Shown here: positions 61,420-64,000 of the stretch, piece by piece
How positions within the stretch are numbered: the stretch's first letter is position 1
Layout: every line of letters starts with the position of its first letter
From: an uncultured Gemmatimonadales bacterium
GTDB taxonomy: Bacteria; Gemmatimonadota; Gemmatimonadetes; Gemmatimonadales; GWC2-71-9
Assembly: GCA_963695185.1 (NCBI GenBank)
Contig: CAVOGH010000003.1
Location: 270,499 to 334,498 of the forward strand
Reading direction: 5' to 3'
Length of the DNA: 64,000 bases
Made by a program: the position numbers and the translations under genes
Notes under the pieces: model-generated
Told to the model about the DNA's origin: nothing
Databases searched by the model: none
What the model saw: the letters and a program-made list of their open reading frames with translations, nothing else

Positions 61420-62141
61420 CGGTCCGCGGGCCCGCTGGCCGAGCCGTACCGCCTGGGCCAGGTCCCGCACCAGGCCATCATCCACGATCCCGTTTCTTCC
61501 CCCGCGACACACCGCCCCCCGCACCCCGAAGATCTGGGCCCCGGCCTCGCTGGCCGCCCGCACATGCTGCAGCCCGAGGCTGCCACCGACGGCCAGCGGG
61601 ATCTCGTCGGCGGCGAGGGCGCTCGCGAGGGAGTCGCCAGCGCCGCGGGCTCGATGAAATCGAAGAGGGTCTTGCCGTCCTTGAGGCAGGTGTCCACCAG
61701 CACGCCGTCGGCGCCGGCCTCCGGGGCGAGGTACTGAAAGGCATCGGGGGGGAGGGAGTGGACCGCGCGCGGCATCGGCGTACGCCACCGCCACCACTCG
61801 TGGCCGCCCGGGAAGCCGTGCCGCGCGGCGCACCGCCTCGCGGAGCAGGGCCTCCGCCTGCCCGGCATCGCGCAGGCCGTGGAAGCCGAGCTTGATGAAG
61901 CCGAGGGGCACCGTGATCCGCTCCATGGCGGTGGCGATGTCCTCGAAGGTGGCGACGTCGCCGAGGGCCGCGCTCAGCCGGAGCGTGGTGGGCACCGCGA
62001 GCCGGATCCCCTGCAGCGCCTCGGAGCTGACCGCACCGATGCGAGCCCCGCGCGGGGTCCTTCGCATCCACGATTTCGGCGCCGCCGGCCAGGGCGGCCC
62101 GCGCGCTCTCCCGCGTCCCGCACACTCACCAGCAGTCGCAC
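61420..62141 (-). pseudogene. mfnB: (5-formylfuran-3-yl)methyl phosphate synthase (MfnB, DUF556) for methanofuran biosynthesis, at least 4 frameshifts as assembled
   Basis: GTG 62141 after AAGGGA. The pieces run VRLLVSVRDA | RESARAALAGGAEIVDAKDPARGS | LGAVSSEALQGIRLAVP..GFIKLGFHG.. | ..PPDAFQYLAPEAGADGVLVDTCLKDGKTLFDF.. | ..LAVGGSLGLQHV..GAQIFGVRGAVC... No nearby stop remains, so the 3' end is approximate. Confidence 0.6.
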
Positions 62142-62192
62142 GTCCGGCGCTCCCTTGTTCGGTCCCGCTACCCCCGTATGTTACGCCCTGCC

Positions 62193-62986
62193 ATGACCGC
62201 CGACAACGCTCCTCCCGCCGCAGGCATCTCCCTCGCCGGCAAGCGGGTCCTGGTCACCGGCGGTTCCAGCGGCATTGGCCGGGCGATCGCCCTGGCCGCG
62301 GCCCGGCCGGCGCCGATGTCGCCTCTGCTACCGCGCCAATGAGGCCGGGGCCAGCGCCGTGGCCGCGGCAGATCCGGGCGACCGGCCGCCGCGCGGCGAT
62401 CCTCCCGGCGGATGTGAGGCCGGCAGGATGAACTCACCCGGCTGGCCGCCACGGTGCGTGACGCCTTCGGCGGTGTGGACGCCTGGATCAACAATGCCGG
62501 GGCCGACATCCTCACCGGCGAGCGGCGCGAGCGCTCTCCCGGCTGGAGAAGCTGGACCTGCTGCTGCAGCGTGGATCTCCGGGGGACCATGCTCGCCTCG
62601 TGGACCGCGGCGGAGCTGATGGCCGGGCCAGCCCGGGGGCGGCGTGATCATCAACATGTCCTGGGACCGGGTGCTGCAGGGCATGCCCGGTGAGAATCCC
62701 CGAGCTGTTCTCCGCCGTGAAGGGCGGCATCCTCAGCTTCAGCCGCTCGCTGGCGAGGAGCCTCGCGCCGACGATCCGGGTGAATGTGCTGGGGCCGGGC
62801 TGGATCGATACCTCGTTCGGCCAGGGCGCCCCGGACCGCTTCCGGGCCCGGGTCGCGGAGCAGATCCCCTGGGCCGGTGGGGCACGCCGGAGGATGTGGC
62901 CGGCGCCGCGGTGTACCTGGCGTCGGACCAGGCGCGATACGTGACCGGGACAGCTGCTGATGGTGAATGGCGGGGATGTGATGTAG
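62193..62986 (+). pseudogene. Short-chain dehydrogenase/reductase (SDR), about ten frameshifts as assembled
   Basis: ATG 62193. Pieces: GKRVLVTGGSSGIGRAIALAAAR, GADVA, CYRANEAGASAVAA, IRATGRRAAILPADV, VRDAFGGVDAWINNAGADILTGE, LSRLEKLDLLL, VDLRGTMLASWTAAELMAG, IINMSWDRVLQGMPGENP, LFSAVKGGILSFSRSLARSLAPTIRVNVLGPGWIDT, PLGRWGTPEDVAGAAVYLASDQARYVTG and QLLMVNGGDVM*. They alternate among all three frames. Confidence 0.7.
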
Positions 62987-63058
62987 GCGATTGGGATTCG
63001 GCGGGGCGGAGGCTCAGCGGCCAGAGCACCGACCCAGGAGACCCGGCAGGAGAAGACC

Positions 63059-63421
63059 ATGGCCACGAAGGAACGTACCTACACCGAGCCAGAGATCGCC
63101 GAGAAGCTCACGGCCCTCCCCGGCTGGTACTACGAGGACGGCTTCATCCGGCGTCAGTTCAAGACCGACGGCTGGCTCACCACGCTCACCGTGGTCAACA
63201 CCATCGGCTTCCTGGCCGAGGCGGCGTATCACCACCCGGACCTCACCGTGACCTGGGCCAAGCTGTGGGTACGGCTGCAGACCCACTCCGCCGGCGGGAT
63301 CACGGACAAGGACTGGGAGTTGGCCCGCAAGATCGAGGACCTCGTGCTGTGGAAGCCGGCCGGTGGCGCGCTCGAGGGCACGCCGAACAAGTGGGTGCGG
63401 GGGGGAGATCCGAAGTACCGA
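63059..63421 (+). CDS. Pterin-4a-carbinolamine dehydratase (PCD/DCoH), 3' end unresolved
   Basis: ..LPGWYYEDGFIRRQFKTDGW..FLAEAAYHHPDLTVTWAKLWVRLQTHSAGGITDKDWELARKIEDL is a full PCD domain. The frame then stays open to 63790 with no credible stop. A G7 run at 63399-63405 is a likely indel site, so the end is arbitrary. Confidence 0.7.
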
Positions 63422-64000
63422 AGGGACGGGGTGGCCCGGCCTCGCACGCGGTCCTCTTCGTCACCGGCAAGCTCGCGGAGCCGGCGCTGCGCCGGGTGCT
63501 CGAGGGCATGGCGGCCGCCATTCGCCGCCGACATCGCGGTCATGAAGATCACGGTCGCGGCGCTGATGACGACGGCGTGGATTGCGCGCTTCCTCACGGT
63601 GCCGGCCGGGCACCGACCTGATCCTGCTGCCCGGACTCGTGGAGGGCGAGACACCGCGGCCTGGCCGAGCGGCTCGGCGTCGCGGTGGAGAAGGGGCCCA
63701 AGGACCTGCGCGAGATCCCGCAGTACTTCGGGCAGGCGGCGCTGGCGCGGGAGTACGGCGCGTTCGATATCGAGATCCTGGCCGAGGTGAACAACGCGCC
63801 CAAGCGGAGCCGCGGAGGAGGTCCTCGCGGAGGCGCGGCACTACCGGGCCGCCGGCGCCGATGTCATTGACGTCGGCTGCACCCCCGGGGTGCCCTTCCC
63901 GCGACCTCGCCGCGGTGGTGCGCGAGCTGCGCGAGCCGCCGGGCATGCGGGTGAGCGTGGATTCGTTCGACCCGGACGGAGATCCGTACCGCGGTGGCCG
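63391..64000 (+). pseudogene. Dihydropteroate-synthase-like pterin-binding protein of H4MPT biosynthesis (partial at window end, multiply frameshifted as assembled)
   Basis: Pieces AVLFVTGKLAEPALRRVLEGMA, FAADIAVMKITVAALMTTAWIARFL, DLILLPGLVEG, VEKGPKDLREIPQYFGQAALAREYGAFDIEILAEVNNAPK and RVSVDSFDP lie in different frames. The start (GTG 63391) is tentative. Confidence 0.55.

Overview
Very GC-rich bacterial chromosomal segment. Lineage cannot be fixed from sequence alone; OmpW, DUF4199, Omp85-type barrels and TPR tails are compatible with a Gemmatimonadota/Acidobacteriota-like organism (inference only). All calls come from manual reading of the sequence and the ORF track; no searches were run.

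Three blocks:

(i) 1-17.8 kb is a patchy, partly degraded region. It holds a split, non-canonical error-prone-polymerase (mutasome) locus: radical-SAM + catalytically dead Y-family ImuB-like gene, then five opposite-strand genes, then tag + dnaE2. A conserved promoter/operator built on ATCTTCGG-N3-ATCTTCGG occurs four times and looks like a lineage-specific SOS box. Two DinB-fold genes, a 53-aa zinc-ribbon ORF, a toxin-antitoxin remnant, an ORF6N remnant and a decayed paralogue of the first gene also lie here. GC-rich palindromic elements built from GGCGNNTN octamers sit after stop codons and, more unusually, in-frame inside the rSAM, imuB, qor and dnaE2 genes.

(ii) 17.8-39.4 kb holds envelope and housekeeping genes: MBL hydrolase, serine hydrolase, PQQ sugar dehydrogenase, ispH, OmpW, an Omp85-like barrel and a DEAH helicase. 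It also holds a chaperone-usher-like pilus locus with three DUF4402/SCPU-like subunits.

(iii) 39.5-64 kb is a tetrahydromethanopterin/methanofuran-linked C1 module: fae, mtd, mch, mptN, ATP-grasp, hydantoinase-like and DUF1464 genes, PTPS, mfnB, DHPS-like and others. It carries two tandem paralogous formyl-MFR enzyme sets. One is Fhc-like (B subunit lacks the active-site Cys). The other is Fwd-like (FwdD plus a B subunit with the xCHG Cys).

Many genes carry 1-nt indels, whose density rises steeply toward the 3' end of the window. Damage is indel-only with motifs intact, and two of the four indels I resolved to a specific base fall in short G/A runs. This points to consensus errors rather than true decay, except for the 6.7-kb paralogue. 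No rRNA, tRNA or CRISPR array was seen. The many long antisense ORFs in the track are GC-driven shadows.
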